Source: Chara braunii (Eukaryota; Plantae; Charophyceae). Taken from it: 59,012 nt of DNA. This document shows, piece after piece, positions 23,070-36,487 of this stretch. The notes below the pieces were generated by a model. That model searched no databases, was not told where the DNA came from, and worked only from the letters and a program-made list of their open reading frames with translations. The DNA lies in contig BFEA01000001.1 in the NCBI GenBank assembly GCA_003427395.1, forward strand, positions 12,007,725 through 12,066,736. Reading direction: 5' to 3'. How positions within the stretch are numbered: position 1 is the stretch's first letter; every line of letters starts with the position of its first letter. The translations under genes and the position numbers were made by a program.

Positions 23070-26000
23070 AACAAAACAGAGAGGAGGGTATGTGTCTAGT
23101 ATTTGTCTATGAGAAAGGGGAGGCCGTGAAAGCGCCCTCAGAGATAGAAGCTATCGTCGATAAGCATCCGGACCTCTTCGAAGAGCCATAAGAGGTAGTA
23201 GAAAGCAACATCGTCCATGCTCTAGAAATGATGCCTGGAAGCAAAAAGTCGAAGGGTAGGATCTCCAGGATGGCTCCCGCAGAGTTGAACGAGCTCCGCC
23301 GCCACCTGAAAGATCTAACCAAAAGCGGCTGGATCCGGCCTAGTACATCTCCCTATGGTGCCCCAGTTTTATTCGTTCCTAAGAAAGGTGGGTCATCGAG
23401 GATGTGCATATAGGGGACTCAATGCCATCATTGGCAAAAACGTTGAGCCTGTACCCCGCATCGACGACCTGTTGGATAGGGTGTAGGCATGTAGGTACTT
23501 ACGAATATTAGATCCAAAATTCGGCTACCATAAAATTGCTATCAAACCTGAGGATCAACACAAAACTGCTTTCCAGACCTGGTACAGTCTGTACGAGTTT
23601 TTGGTGATGCTTTTCGACTTGTGCAATGAACCAGGAACATTCCAACACACCATGAACAAGATTTTCTATGACCACTTAGATAAGTTTATCATCGTGTACC
23701 TCGACGACATCGTCATGCGCAGCATGTGGACATTGTGCTTGGCCTCCTTTGACAACACAGGTTTAAAATAAACTTGGAGAAATGCAAGTTCGGTCACACC
23801 AAGATGTTAGACTTGGGTCATGAAATCTTTGTGGATAGTTTAAGGCTTAAAGATGCAAAGGTGGCTAGTATTAGGGGCTGGCCACGACCTCAGTCTGTGA
23901 CATAGCACAATCGCTACGCCCTTGACGGACCTCACGCGCCTTTACACCCTATTATGGGAGTGGACAAATGATTGTGAGAAAGCCTTCAACCGATTGAAGA
24001 ATGCTCTTACGCATCATGAGGTTTTGAAACTTCCGGATCCTGAGAAGCCATTCATCATGACGACCGACGCAAGCCAGTATGACATTGGCACGGTTTTGCA
24101 GCAATACAAGGGGAAGAAGTTAAGGCCGATTGAGTACATGAGCAAAAAGATGTCCTCACAGAAGTTAGCGAGTCCACATATGAGCGGGAACTCTATGCCC
24201 TCTATAAGGCCTTGACACATTGGAGGCATTACCTGTTGGGCGCTCTATGCCCTTTATAAGGCCTTGACACATTGGAGGCATTACCTGTTGGGCAGATTCT
24301 TCATTGTGAGATCTGACCGTCAGACCCTTCGATGGATCAAGATGCAGCCGATCCTCTCTTATGCTCTCAAAAGGTGGAACGAAGTCATAGATCAATATGA
24401 CTTTCGCCTTGAGTACTTGAAGGGGGAGTTCAACAAGGTTGCGGATGGTCTTTCACGAAGGGCCGATTACTCGGGTGCGCTAATTACGGAACTAACTCGA
24501 TCCATAGTGGGTGCCTACATGGAAGACACTTCAATGATGAACATTATTTGCAAGCTCAAGGCCAAAGACAAGTCCACTGCCGATGAGTTTGTGATGAACG
24601 GTTTGCTTTTCCTTGAGAAGGCTGGGAATAAACGGCTTTGTGTGCCGTCTAGAGTGTCTTTGCATAGTTTAGTTTTAGGAGAGTCAGAGTCATAATGCAA
24701 CCATACACTTTGGTTACAAGAAGACTTCTGCAAACCTAGTACAGCGATTTTGGTGGCACACTATGCTAGATGATGCCAAACGGTATGTGGAAACTTGTCA
24801 AGTTCGTCAAAGAGATAAACCTGGAACACAAGCACCACTTGGACTAGTAAAGCCCTTGCCCATTTCTGCCCCTCCGGGAAAGAGTCTCCATGGTTTTCAT
24901 GGATACCCTAGTGACAAGCAAGAGTGGCAAAAGGCATATCTTTGTCATAGGGAGAAATTTTCAAAGTATGCTAGCTTAGTTGCGATGTTGGAGAATGCAA
25001 AGACTGAGCATGCTGTTAAGTTATTTATGGAGAAATGGGTGCGTGATTTCCGATTGCCCAAGTCTGTAGTATTATGGAGAAATGGGTGCGTGATTTCCGA
25101 TTGCCCAAGTCTGTAGTAAGTGATAGGGATGTCAGATTCACTAGTGAACTGTGGAAGAAGGATGGCTGAACAGATGTTAAGTCATTTATGGACAAATCGG
25201 TGCGTGATTTCCGATGCCCAAGTCTATAGTAAGTGATAGAGATGTCCGATTCACTAGTGAACTGTGGAAGAAGAACGGCTGAACAGATGGGCAGCCAGCT
25301 GCAAATGACTTTGGGAAAGCACCCTGAAACCAACGGCCAAGCCGAGCTGATGAACCGTGTGGTGCAGCACTTGCTCAGACATTGCATCAAGCCGAGCCAA
25401 GATGACTGGGATGAGGAACTACATCTCATCGTCAACCTGTACAACAACGCTGTACATAGCACTACTGGTGGGTCTTCCAACGAATTGCATTTGAGTTGGA
25501 AGCGTAGATCAACATTATACTTTCTCCTACCTGAAAACTGACTAACTGCAGCTTCTGGCAACATAGAGTTCGCTATCCGATATGACAAACTGCTCTAGCA
25601 AGCTGTTGAGCACATTCGGAAATCACAAGATGCTATGATAGCATCTGAGAATAAGCACAGACGACAGTCCACATTTGAAGTACGGATCGAGTCTGGGTAA
25701 AGTCAAGTGAGTTTGGACAGGAGGCAGGAATAATGCCACAGTATTTTGGCCCTTGGGAAGTCCCTGATATTGTGAGAAATGATCCGAATGGTCCCTCCTA
25801 TGTCATTCGTATCCCTGGTCACCTACGCACCTATCCCGTATTTCATGCTTCTAAGCTTGCACCATTCTTTGAGACAGATCAGTTTTCGTTTGCTGCCCCC
25901 AACCATGGACGGACATGTGTATATCAACGAGACCGTGGAACACCGGGATGTGCCTGTTCCAAAGCCTGTTGGCCGAGGAAGGCCGTCAAAACCTCGAAGG

Positions 26001-27237
26001 GAACACCGGGTCAGATTCAGGCACCGTACAGATCCTAAAGAAGATCGATGGTTCATGAAGGAGTTGATGAAGACTGCCCCTCTAGTTGTCTCCTTCTAGG
26101 AGAAATGGTTATCCAAGGGGCAGAATAAAGTGCAGTAGCAGCATCTCTGAGGACTTTCGAAGCTAAGGAGGAGTGCGAGAAAGTGAGCCTCGCAAAGGCC
26201 TTCCTAGCCCAGCCTGCGCTGCCTTTGACATTCTGGCGGGCCGGTAGGCCCTGCGGGCGGGCTTACCTCAAGCCTGGAAGGCCAGGCCGCGGTCTGCACT
26301 TCTGAGTGGATGTGTGACTGTGCCCTCAACTGGGTGATGAGGACCTCCCTGGCTGCTGTGTAACTCACGGCCTCTCGACAAATGAGAACGCAGCAGCCAG
26401 TCAGGGCCACCTCGCACAGTTGACGGTCTGTCGGTCCCAGGGCCACTTTCTGGAAAGGTCCTCGCATGCCGCAGCCACTTTCCATATAGGAAAGGGCAGG
26501 CCTCCTGTCCAGTTTCTTGGCTGGCCGGAAGGTACGCGGCAGAGCTGTTTCAATGGCACTGGTGGCTTGGGCGCTGGCTGGCTTCAAAGGTGCACGCGGG
26601 CATGGGCAAGAAGGCTGCTGGGCACAGCCTCAAAGAGTGGCAGCCCTAGCCGGGCTGCGGACTCTGGTCGCCGGTGGGGTTGAACGGTGCTCCTCGAGAC
26701 ATGGTGGCATGTGTGTTAGGGGACAGACGAGGGATGAGAGAGAGAGAGAGGACACACGGGCAAGAAGGGTCCTGGGCGCAGCCTCAGAGAGTGGCAGCCA
26801 TAGCCGTGCTGCACACTCTGGTCGCCGGTGGGGCTGGACGGTGGTCCTCGAGACATGGTGGCATGTATGTTGGGGGACAGACGAGGGATGAGGGAGAGAG
26901 AGGACATACCTGGTTCGTCACGGAGGTCTGTATTGGCGACATCTGCATGTACATCAGTTCTGCTGCTGAGGTCTCCTGGTTTCATCATCAAGTTGGTAGG
27001 CTAGTATAGGTGCCGTGTGATTGCAATCTGGGCGCTGGGCGCCATATAAGAAGAACGACTTCGGATACATTGTTGATGGTGCCGAGTTTGGGGCTGACAT
27101 TGGCATTGGGGTTCATTGCTTTGCTCTTATTTGGCTTGTATCTCGGTGCATACTGCTTTCTATCTGGTTTTCAATGTGATGATGGAATTTCGTTTTCTCA
27201 ACTTCTCTGTCATTCGCTCTCGCTCATTTTCTTTACA
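23070..27237 (+). mobile_element. 5'-truncated Ty3/Gypsy chromovirus (RT-RNaseH-INT-chromodomain, PPT, 3' LTR), pseudogenised
   Basis: RT GWIRPSTSPYGAPVLFVPKK and VYLDDI (~23695-23711); RNase H TTDASQYDIGTVL; integrase HPETNGQAELMNR; GPY/F-like YFGPWEV...YPVFHASKL; purine tract AAGGAGGAG before the LTR. Many stops and frameshifts. Confidence 0.92.
26174..27237 (+). repeat. 3' LTR of the 23-27 kb element
   Basis: Starts TGCGAGAA directly after the PPT and ends CTCATTTTCTTTACA, similar to the other LTR ends (CTCATATTCCTTGCA). Has an internal ~145-bp duplication; the 3' boundary is approximate. Confidence 0.75.
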
Positions 27238-27367
27238 TTTGCACGAGTGTAGTAGTGTACCATTCAGTCACACGGGTGGTATACCTTGTGCGCTGCATCA
27301 AAGGTATTAACTGTCTTTGCGATTATTGTCACTTATCATGGACTTTTGGGATGGTGCACATTATAAG

Positions 27368-27457
27368 GAGGTGAGAGATCTGGGTCTGAAGAACGATGAC
27401 TGGCAGCGGATTTGTCCTAAACTGGAGAAGTCTGAGGAATTGCAGAGTGAGCTTGAG
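27368..27457 (+). CDS. Host coiled-coil protein, predicted exon 2 (30 aa)
   Basis: EVRDLGLKNDDWQRICPKLEKSEELQSELE; strong donor GAG|GTAAGT, phase 0/0, weak AAG acceptor. Confidence 0.5.
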
Positions 27458-27825
27458 GTAAGTAACCTGGCAGTATGGGTTTCGTAATCCATCAAACTTA
27501 GAGAAAGAGCAGTGGTGGTGGTGTTGGAGAGCAGCTTCCTTCGCTCAGATGAAGAGGAGGGTGGTCGGAGCAGATAAGCCATGACACGGTGCTGTGACTG
27601 TAAAAGGTGTATCTACTGGGTCACCAGCCAGGTCGCCCAGGTCACCTTGTTTGACTCGGCGGCCCGGCCATGCGAAGGCAAGCGAAGGGCCCAGCAAAAG
27701 AAAAAAGGAAAAAAGAAAAGAAGTTCTGAAAAAAAAACTATGTGATGCACAAAATTAAACTGAACAACTTTTGCCTCAGGGTTGCATCGAAATTCTTTAC
27801 CAAATTTGAAAAAATAACTACAATA

Positions 27826-28035
27826 TTGTTGTCCTCTTCTCCCTCTCTGCCTACGGTTTACCGGGCAGTTCTATTTGACGATATATATGCATATGTAATT
27901 ATATATAGTGGGTGTTTTGCTGGCTTGTGATGGGGTGTGAACCGACAGTCTGTAGAGTTTTCCATCTGGTGTGGGTGAGTGATAGTCTACTTTGATTTTG
28001 GTTAAGGTGGATTATCACTTACAGTGTAATCAGTG
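27826..28035 (-). repeat. Inverted, internally deleted copy of the 5790-7121 repeat
   Basis: TTGTTGTCCTCTTCTCCCTCTCTGCCTACGGTTTACCGGGCAGTTCTATTTGACGATATATAT matches the reverse complement of ~5795-5857; further matches to ~6055-6120 and ~5930-5962. Confidence 0.9.
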
Positions 28036-28617
28036 NNNNNNNNNNNNNNNNNNNNNNNNNNNNNNNNNNNNNNNNNNNNNNNNNNNNNNNNNNNNNNNNN
28101 NNNNNNNNNNNNNNNNNNNNNNNNNNNNNNNNNNNNNNNNNNNNNNNNNNNNNNNNNNNNNNNNNNNNNNNNNNNNNNNNNNNNNNNNNNNNNNNNNNNN
28201 NNNNNNNNNNNNNNNNNNNNNNNNNNNNNNNNNNNNNNNNNNNNNNNNNNNNNNNNNNNNNNNNNNNNNNNNNNNNNNNNNNNNNNNNNNNNNNNNNNNN
28301 NNNNNNNNNNNNNNNNNNNNNNNNNNNNNNNNNNNNNNNNNNNNNNNNNNNNNNNNNNNNNNNNNNNNNNNNNNNNNNNNNNNNNNNNNNNNNNNNNNNN
28401 NNNNNNNNNNNNNNNNNNNNNNNNNNNNNNNNNNNNNNNNNNNNNNNNNNNNNNNNNNNNNNNNNNNNNNNNNNNNNNNNNNNNNNNNNNNNNNNNNNNN
28501 NNNNNNNNNNNNNNNNNNNNNNNNNNNNNNNNNNNNNNNNNNNNNNNNNNNNNNNNNNNNNNNNNNNNNNNNNNNNNNNNNNNNNNNNNNNNNNNNNNNN
28601 NNNNNNNNNNNNNNNNN

Positions 28618-28618
<1 letters not shown>

Positions 28619-28704
<86 letters not shown>
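28619..28704. repeat. (GA)n microsatellite at gap edge (similar GA/GT/CA runs at ~36320-36412, 38234-38398, 41403-41513, 42859-43140, 47528-47580, 48992-49056, 51148-51190)
   Basis: Direct inspection. Confidence 0.98.
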
Positions 28705-28706
<2 letters not shown>

Positions 28707-29614
28707 GCCTTTCCATCCGAGACAAATATGAGATTGAATGGCACATAAATCGAAGCAAAAACGAATTCACAGACAAATATGAATTGAATGAATATGAAGT
28801 TATGAACTGAACTACCGACAAAAGTGACCACAATTAACATAACCACAGTCGGAGTATCGAACAACATCTCCAAAGAAAAGGAGGATCCCAGATTCCGAGA
28901 TATGTCGGTGGGTGCAAAGACGTTCCATTGCCCTTTTGATACAAAAGTAATTCCGCACCTTCTGACTTGCCTGCGAGACCTGGGCAGGTGGGTCCCAGTC
29001 GCCTGGCTCTAGCTGCCTGGCTTGACTGGCTCTGGTAGCCCAGTGCAACGTTTATTAAAGGCTTGGAACATTCCTTGCATGAGTCTAGCTACGTGCATTG
29101 CTTTACTGTTTCAACAAGGATTCTTGGTGTTAAATGAGAGAATGGCCCTTCCAGGTTTCTTCCATGAGTCTTCCCTGGTGCAACTGCAGGAAAGTTTCCT
29201 GCAATGTCAGAGCAGTTCCACACGCTGGGAATTAGAGCTTTACCAAAGGTCTCCTTCATGGTGCATACATGAGAAACTTGTGTGCCGGTATATTGTGGAG
29301 TTGCTTTAGAGGAGAGCAAATTGCAGAAGCTCCAATCTACAGCAGCCGCAATCTCCTAATGTCTTTGTTTGTGCTCATTGACTGTTTGCAAAGGTGCTGA
29401 TGATGTTTGTGGACGGGGTGACTGTTGGATCTGGCTGTCTGTATCTTTTGGAGTGAGTGGTTGTGCCAGTTTCATGTGTGCTTCAGCTCTATCGACTTTA
29501 ATAGACGTCTTTTCTTATAACGTCTCGTCCAGGACTCACACGGGCGTCCTTGTGTGTGCTTCTTTTGTGTGGACTGCAATTTGTCGCTGGTGGCGGGCTA
29601 TGTATGCGCAAAAG

Positions 29615-29755
29615 CATTACCGGAGTGAGCTAGTACGGTTGGATGCCAGAGTGAAGGGAGCAGTTTCTGATGCTGCTTCTTACAGGGCAGAGGCTGCCAG
29701 GGCGAGGGAAGAGAGAGATGCAGCGATTGCAGATGCCAGAGGCGCGCAGATGGAG
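29615..29755 (+). CDS. Host coiled-coil protein, predicted exon 3 (47 aa)
   Basis: HYRSELVRLDARVKGAVSDAASYRAEAARAREERDAAIADARGAQME, helical composition; donor GAG|GTATTT, phase 0; the AAG acceptor position is uncertain. Confidence 0.6.
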
Positions 29756-32486
29756 GTATTTCTTGAGTCCATACAAGCCATCTTAACACCTAGCCATGTC
29801 CTAAAACGGGTGTGTCTACCAGGTTCACTGTCGTCACACACAGGTACTGATTGTTGTTTCAGTATGGTGCACAGATTCTCAGTACTGGACCCTTGTTCCT
29901 GTGTTTGTTATCCTCATAGACCATTCTGATTGTTGCATTGCCCATGCACACAGGTTCTGATCCTCACGACCTCTTAATGATCATGTGAAAATGTGAAAAT
30001 AGTGATCCTTGTGTCAATGTTTGGCATGGATTCGTCATCTTGTAACAAACTCGTTGATTCGGGTCATTGTCACACACAGATGTTAATGATTGGTTCCTTG
30101 TCCCACACACACACCCTTTTGTTTTCATTGATGTTATGTCCAGATCTGTAATACTGTCCAATGTTACGGAATGTTGGTAGGCAGGTGGGGAGAGGGTTCG
30201 TGGTGGAGGCGATGTTTCTGTGGGCTGCATAATTCAGAGCACATTGTGGGAAGCCCAGGGTATTTTAGGCTGTAGATAGTGTAGAGTGACACCAGTGTCT
30301 GGTGTCTCACAAATGTTTCAGGCTCATGGCAAGTCGTGGGTTTGTGTTGTTTGCAGTTTTTAAGGATCGATCCAATATTTTGGTGTGGATGGGTGGACTC
30401 TTTTTTGCGACAACCAAACATGAAAGGAACGTTGGCAGTACCATCTTCCCCTGATCCCAACATGCCCTCATGCTGACTGTATCAGACGAGAAAGATAGCT
30501 TGTATACATTCATGACCCGAGCTTTGGGGTGTCTTTTGGGCACAGGAAAAAGAGGAAATGGCTGTGCTAACCTTTCTTTGGTTCAAACTGACTGAGTGTC
30601 GTGGGAACACTTCCTAATTGAAAGAAAAACATTTGACGCGGTGACATGTGCAATCAGACTCGCTCACTTCTTCACTTCGCATGGATACAAACAGATGGTG
30701 ATTCACACTGGCGCATAGCGCCCACTCAAAGCTCAGAGACATGGAAACCAAGAACGCAGTTCGGATGCAAACTCGCTTCAACAGACTATGGTACATCAGC
30801 ACCTATACATCCCAACTCTCGTCACTGTGTCCAACACCACTGTTCGCTCACACTTCAACTCTGGATCACCCTGGATACCCCATGCACACACCCTGTAACA
30901 CACACACGTACACACCTATCACTAGCTACGGCAGCTATGGCCGCCAACTAACACTAACTACAAGCAGCTATGGCTGCGCTAACTCTCCTTCTGCCCACTT
31001 CGACTTCAGGCGCATCTGCAGACAACCTCGCACAAGTCACTGTGGCAGCACTTCCGCATGGCTTCCGCAGGAATGAATGAATGGCTGGGCGCTGCCTCTT
31101 GATTTATACTTCTGTAACTCGTTGGTCTGCCTCTTTCCATCGGCCCATGGTGCTCATAGTCCCTCATGGTACTCGATGGACTGGACTGGGACTGACTGGA
31201 CCAGTACCGCTGACTGCATGGGTTTGCACTGCCAACTCAATGCAGTCGCACTGCCGACGTAACGCAGTTGGGCTCACCACTTGCCCACTTGCCTCTGACC
31301 AAAACGTGAGACAACTTCGAAAGGCCACTTCCGGAACTTCCGGAAGTCTGTGGACTTGGCCTTTCGGGTACTATAGCAGCTACGACCTTGACCTTTCAGG
31401 ACTGTAGCAGCTACGACCTGACCCTTCAGAATACCTATAGCTACGACCTCTACAGAGCTGTGACCCCTACTCGATAGACCTACAGCTCGAATCCCTACAT
31501 CTACACAGTCCTATGACAGACAAACAACAACTAACGAAACACAGGTCACGGGTTCAAACACTTAGGGATCAACTCGATACTGTACATGGGTAAGGTAAGG
31601 TCTGGGGATAGAATCCTGGGATCTGCATCTGCCTCTGCAAAGGTGAAAACCGTTTCACATGCATGGGGAGCCCCTGATATTTTTCGTTGTGCTTTCCTTC
31701 TTTAACATGGAAATCTTGGTCTCTGTGGTGTACAGCCATGGTGTGGCGTGCTTGGGCCTTCCAAATGGGCCCTGGGGTCCCAACCTCAGACTAGAGGCCT
31801 GCATACCGTGGACCTTTTTGGGCGGCCCTGGGAACTGTGCNNNNNNNNNNNNNNNNNNNNNNNNNNNNNNNNNNNNNNNNNNNNNNNNNNNNNNNNNNNN
31901 NNNNNNNNNNNNNNNNNNNNNNNNNNNNNNNNNNNNNNNNNNNNNNNNNNNNNNNNNNNNNNNNNNNNNNNNNNNNNNNNNNNNNNNNNNNNNNNNNNNN
32001 NNNNNNNNNNNNNNNNNNNNNNNNNNNNNNNNNNNNNNNNNNNNNNNNNNNNNNNNNNNNNNNNNNNNNNNNNNNNNNNNNNNNNNNNNNNNNNNNNNNN
32101 NNNNNNNNNNNNNNNNNNNNNNNNNNNNNNNNNNNNNNNNNNNNNNNNNNNNNNNNNNNNNNNNNNNNNNNNNNNNNNNNNNNNNNNNNNNNNNNNNNNN
32201 NNNNNNNNNNNNNNNNNNNNNNNNNNNNNNNNNNNNNNNNNNNNNNNNNNNNNNNNNNNNAGAGAGAGATTCTCTGATTGGATATGTGATTGCTATATTG
32301 TCCAATCATTCCCTGTCTTTGACAGTGATTTTCTTGTCGATGCTCGTCGTTCTGTCCCCACATGTGGACGTTGTAAGTCAACGTCAACGGAAGTTTGATT
32401 TTCAGTTCTTTATCACCGCATCCAATTTCTCTTTCGCTTTTCTTGGTTACAATTATTATGATCAATTGAAATTTGTGTGACTTTTC

Positions 32487-34134
32487 TGCAAGGAATATGA
32501 GTTAGAGAGAGATACAGATAACCTAGGCTGGGCCGTCGCCCGGCCAGGCATGCCCGGGCCAGCTGGGCCAGGGGGGATCGCCCGGCAAAACCAGGCGGGT
32601 CAAAAAAGAGGGAAGGATCTCCCAAACAAAAAAACTGACTTCAGGCCAGGACTGCGCTTGGCGGGAGCAGTCAGAATCCGGCCTTACCTTCCATTTCGGT
32701 GGTGGGTCACCCAGGAGCATTTGGGGGTATAATGTTACTCTAAACAGTGACTAGCGGGGTTTAAAAGGGTATATCTTACCTCATTTCTCCTCATTTATTT
32801 TTATCTTAAAAATAATAAGGAATTTCAAGGGGACCCTCAGCCAAAAGTTGCTTGTACTGCAATTTTATACAACATAGTTTTTTTCCAGATTTTTTTGAAT
32901 TTTTTGAATTTTTAATTTTTTAAAATATTATGCGCTGGGGCTGCCCGGGACCCTGCCCGGCCACTGCCTGGCCCGGGCCCCCCGGGAGGGCAGCCAGGCG
33001 ACCTTCCCCCAGCCGGGCCGCCTGGGAACCAGCCTAGCAGATAACCAAGTTGCAAAATCACGCAGAAGTCCAGATAGTCATGTAACAAGCAGAGAGCTCA
33101 AATGCACCAAGATTCCATCCAAATAAGAGCGATACAATGAGCTCGTGAGCCAATGTCCAAGCGCTCAGGCCACACCAACGCAGTATTCAATGTCGCTTCT
33201 ACTGTCCGGCACCCAGCTCCCAGCCTACTCTACTCATCCTACCTAGCCTATCTACATTCGTGCAACAAGCTCACTTGGACTTTGAAGACCAATGTACATG
33301 ACGTCAACACCAACGCCGACCTTCCACATACACCAGGTATGTACTCTCGACTCCCTTCATCTCTCCTTGACCACCCACACCTGCGCCTCCTTTCTGAAGA
33401 CCACTGTTGCCCTTCACCCACTTGTGCCCCTGCAGCCTGGCTATGGCCGCTTGGCGCCCCGCTGCCCTGCAGCGCCCCACACCACTTAGCGCCCGCATGC
33501 GCCCCAGCCAGCGCTAGCGCAATGCAGACACTTGGGCTGAATCGCAGCAGCGTGTCCGCATTGCCTGCCTAGGCCAGAATGCGGAATACTGGCCGGCCTC
33601 CTCCCTATATGGGAGTCACAGCTGCTGCTGCACTGTCTGGGCCTGGCCTTGGAAGTTTCCAGTAGCTTCTGGTTGGGCCCCACTGTCTGCGCCCAGGCCC
33701 ATGTCTACAGTTGAGGGCCTGGGCCCTTTACAGTTGGGCACACCCAGGATTATCCAGGCTCTGAATGTTTGCTGCGTTTGCATTGGCCCACGGGGCAGAT
33801 GTGACGACAATGCTGCATTCTCATTGGCCCGTGGCCATTTGGTGATGTGTCAGCCTCACGATACCTGTGCCCAGGGCGCAACCCCCTTTGTCCGGGGCCC
33901 AACTGCCTGACGCAGCTGCTTCTTCTGGAAGAGCCAAGGGTGAGGGCCCAGGTTGCACTTCAACCAACTGGCGGGCAGCAACTGTCTGAGACCCACATTG
34001 GAAAATGCTGACATAAGGGCCTCTCGTGGATATTCAGGCCCGCCTTCACTTAGGGCGGGCATGAGGCTTGCTGGGGGCCACAGTCAAGGACATATGCATG
34101 TTGTCTAGGGCCCCATGAGGACACATTCCTCAAA
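32487..34134 (-). mobile_element. Solo LTR (same family as 12288-13538), interrupted by a MITE
   Basis: Long reverse-complement match to ~12330-13538. Ends are TGCAAGGA and a degenerate TCCTCAAA, with TTTC on both sides (4-bp TSD). Confidence 0.82.
32523..33037. mobile_element. hAT-type MITE (515 bp)
   Basis: 8-bp TSD CAGATAAC (32515-32522, 33038-33045), 9-bp TIR CTAGGCTGG/CCAGCCTAG, GC-rich CCCGG subterminal repeats and an AT-rich core. Confidence 0.9.
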
Positions 34135-36318
34135 TTTCTCTACAATGTCCAATAATTCCAGATTAAATTGCTTTACTTGTATCAAGTTTTTGTATATCAA
34201 CTTGGTTTCCTCTCTTCGCGGAAAATTCATCATTGCAATTTCCTGTTGCTCCATCATTTTCGATTGGGACAACAATCACTGACTAGGTGAGTGCCCCTCT
34301 CTACAAAATTCCTATACTCACTTACCTTGCCATCTTCAGTTTGTGATTTTCTTTGGTTCAAGAATTTTCTGCTCATATTTGCCATTTATGTCTGAATGCA
34401 GGCTCGATTTCAATGTTCGCAACACTGCCTGCAAACCGCAACTCCAACTTTGTCATTTCCTCTCCTATTTTCCAATCCCCCACCCACCCTCAGCTCTTTC
34501 CATGTGATGCATCGTTCACCATACTCCTTTCTGAAGTAGGCAGACCTGCGCCGGCTCTTCTTGTTCTTGCTTTATCTCTTATAATGTACTAATTTTTATC
34601 AGCCTTGGGCTCCGACCCTGCTGTTGTGGACAGATAGGATGGGCGGCTGAGATCTGGTCCGAAATGCTTGATTTTGTTGACATCTGGCACTGCCGATGCT
34701 AGAGGGGTGGTACGTGGGAAGACGCAGATGCAAAAACTTGTGCAGAAGGAATGTCGGCCGTGTGATAATGTGTTTTAGAGAGTGTCTGGTTGTCTGAGAG
34801 CATGTGAAGAAATTTGCTGAAAAGGGAAAGTGTGTCGGAGTGTCTGAGGAGGAAAGCGTGTCTAACACGCGGATTCTGCAATGATTTGTTTCGGCACACG
34901 TCAATCTCGTTTTTGTGTGGCAGTGTACAGACCCAAGTTTGAAACCCAGGGAAAAGACGAAAAGAAAGGTTGCACATGCTTTTTTTTTTTTTTCCACATG
35001 GCGGTAGTCCAAAGCTCAAATCCGAGTTTTGTTTGGTTTTCGTGTGATGGTAGTCCCAAGGTCGAATCCAAGTTTTTAATGCCCCCCACACAATACACCC
35101 TCATCATGAGGGTACTGGAGCACAAAAATAGCTCGTATACTACGTTCATGTCCAAAGTGGAATGCGTTGCACGTAGGGCATTTTCAGGACTCCCTCTGAG
35201 GTACGCACACAACACACACAATCACACGAACATCGGTAACCTTGCATCTTCTTTTATATCCCTATCTGTGATGATTTGTGGTTGGTATGACCAGAGAAGT
35301 TGGGGATCCCTGGAAAACACATTCTGGTCTTGCTAGATCTCTGTCTTGGCAGAGTTGAGCGGTTAGGATCGGGCTTGTTCTAGCGAGCTACTCTTCTTTT
35401 GCGGTTGAATGTTTTATTGGTTGTCAATTGACTTTTTACGCGGCCTAGTTTTTGCCCTTCTTTAGAGCGTGGGCTGTCTTTTTTATGAAGAAATGTCTGT
35501 GGGTGGCCACAAGTTTTCGGGGTGGAAATGTATGTTTGGACTCTTTGGAGTTCTGCCACCGTATCTTTGCGAGGAGGCTCAGAGAGTGTTTGCTGTGGGT
35601 GTCATTCCCAGGGTGTCATTCCCACAGGCTCCTCCTTTGGAGCACATTGAAGAAGTGGGGAGCTCCAGTGTGTTTTAAGCAGAAGTGCTCCTGGTGTTGC
35701 GTGGAGATCTTGTGCAGTCTGGTATGATTTACGGTGGCTTTGTGGGCCGACACAGAGGGCTCTCTAAGTTTTTTCATACCATTTGCAGTGTGGTCGGTGC
35801 TTTCTTGTCAGTGTGGCCTTTTGTGTTGTGGCGCAACTGATTTTTGTCTCGCGGTCTATACACTCCACTGCTCCATGCAGAGGGAGCATGCAGTGGGTGT
35901 GACATGGGTGCTCTTAGCATGCATGATGTGTGATGCAAGTATGGTCGATGCCCTGATTGTGTTTTGTTTCCTTTCTTCTTTTTTCACAAAGCAGAAAAGA
36001 GCCTGTATGGCTGACTGCACGGACCCCTATTCCAGCAAAATTAGAGATGTTGCAACAATGTCGTTTCCAAATTTCCCTGTGAGTGCGAGATTGCGAGCAG
36101 ACAGACAGACACAGGCAGAGGCAGACAGGTAGGCAGACGGACAGACCATTGAAACAATTGATGGACTGATGAACCAAATGATGGACCGCTAATCTGAACG
36201 ATTGACTGATGGATGGACAGAGCTACAGACTGACAAACAGATAGGCTGATAGACAGACAGACATGTGGAGAGAGACAGGGACAGAAAGAGAAGGACGAGG
36301 AGAGGAAAAGGCAGATAA

Positions 36319-36412
<94 letters not shown>

Positions 36413-36487
36413 NNNNNNNNNNNNNNNNNNNNNNNNNGAGGGAAATAGAGAGATGGAGAGGGACCCCATCCCTCGGGAGAGTCGGGA

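Noticed and set aside
27992-28873. Long ORFs spanning N gaps and (GA)n runs (also near 31.7, 42.7 and 48.4 kb)
   Set aside because: Artefacts of N runs and RE/SL dipeptide translation of microsatellites.
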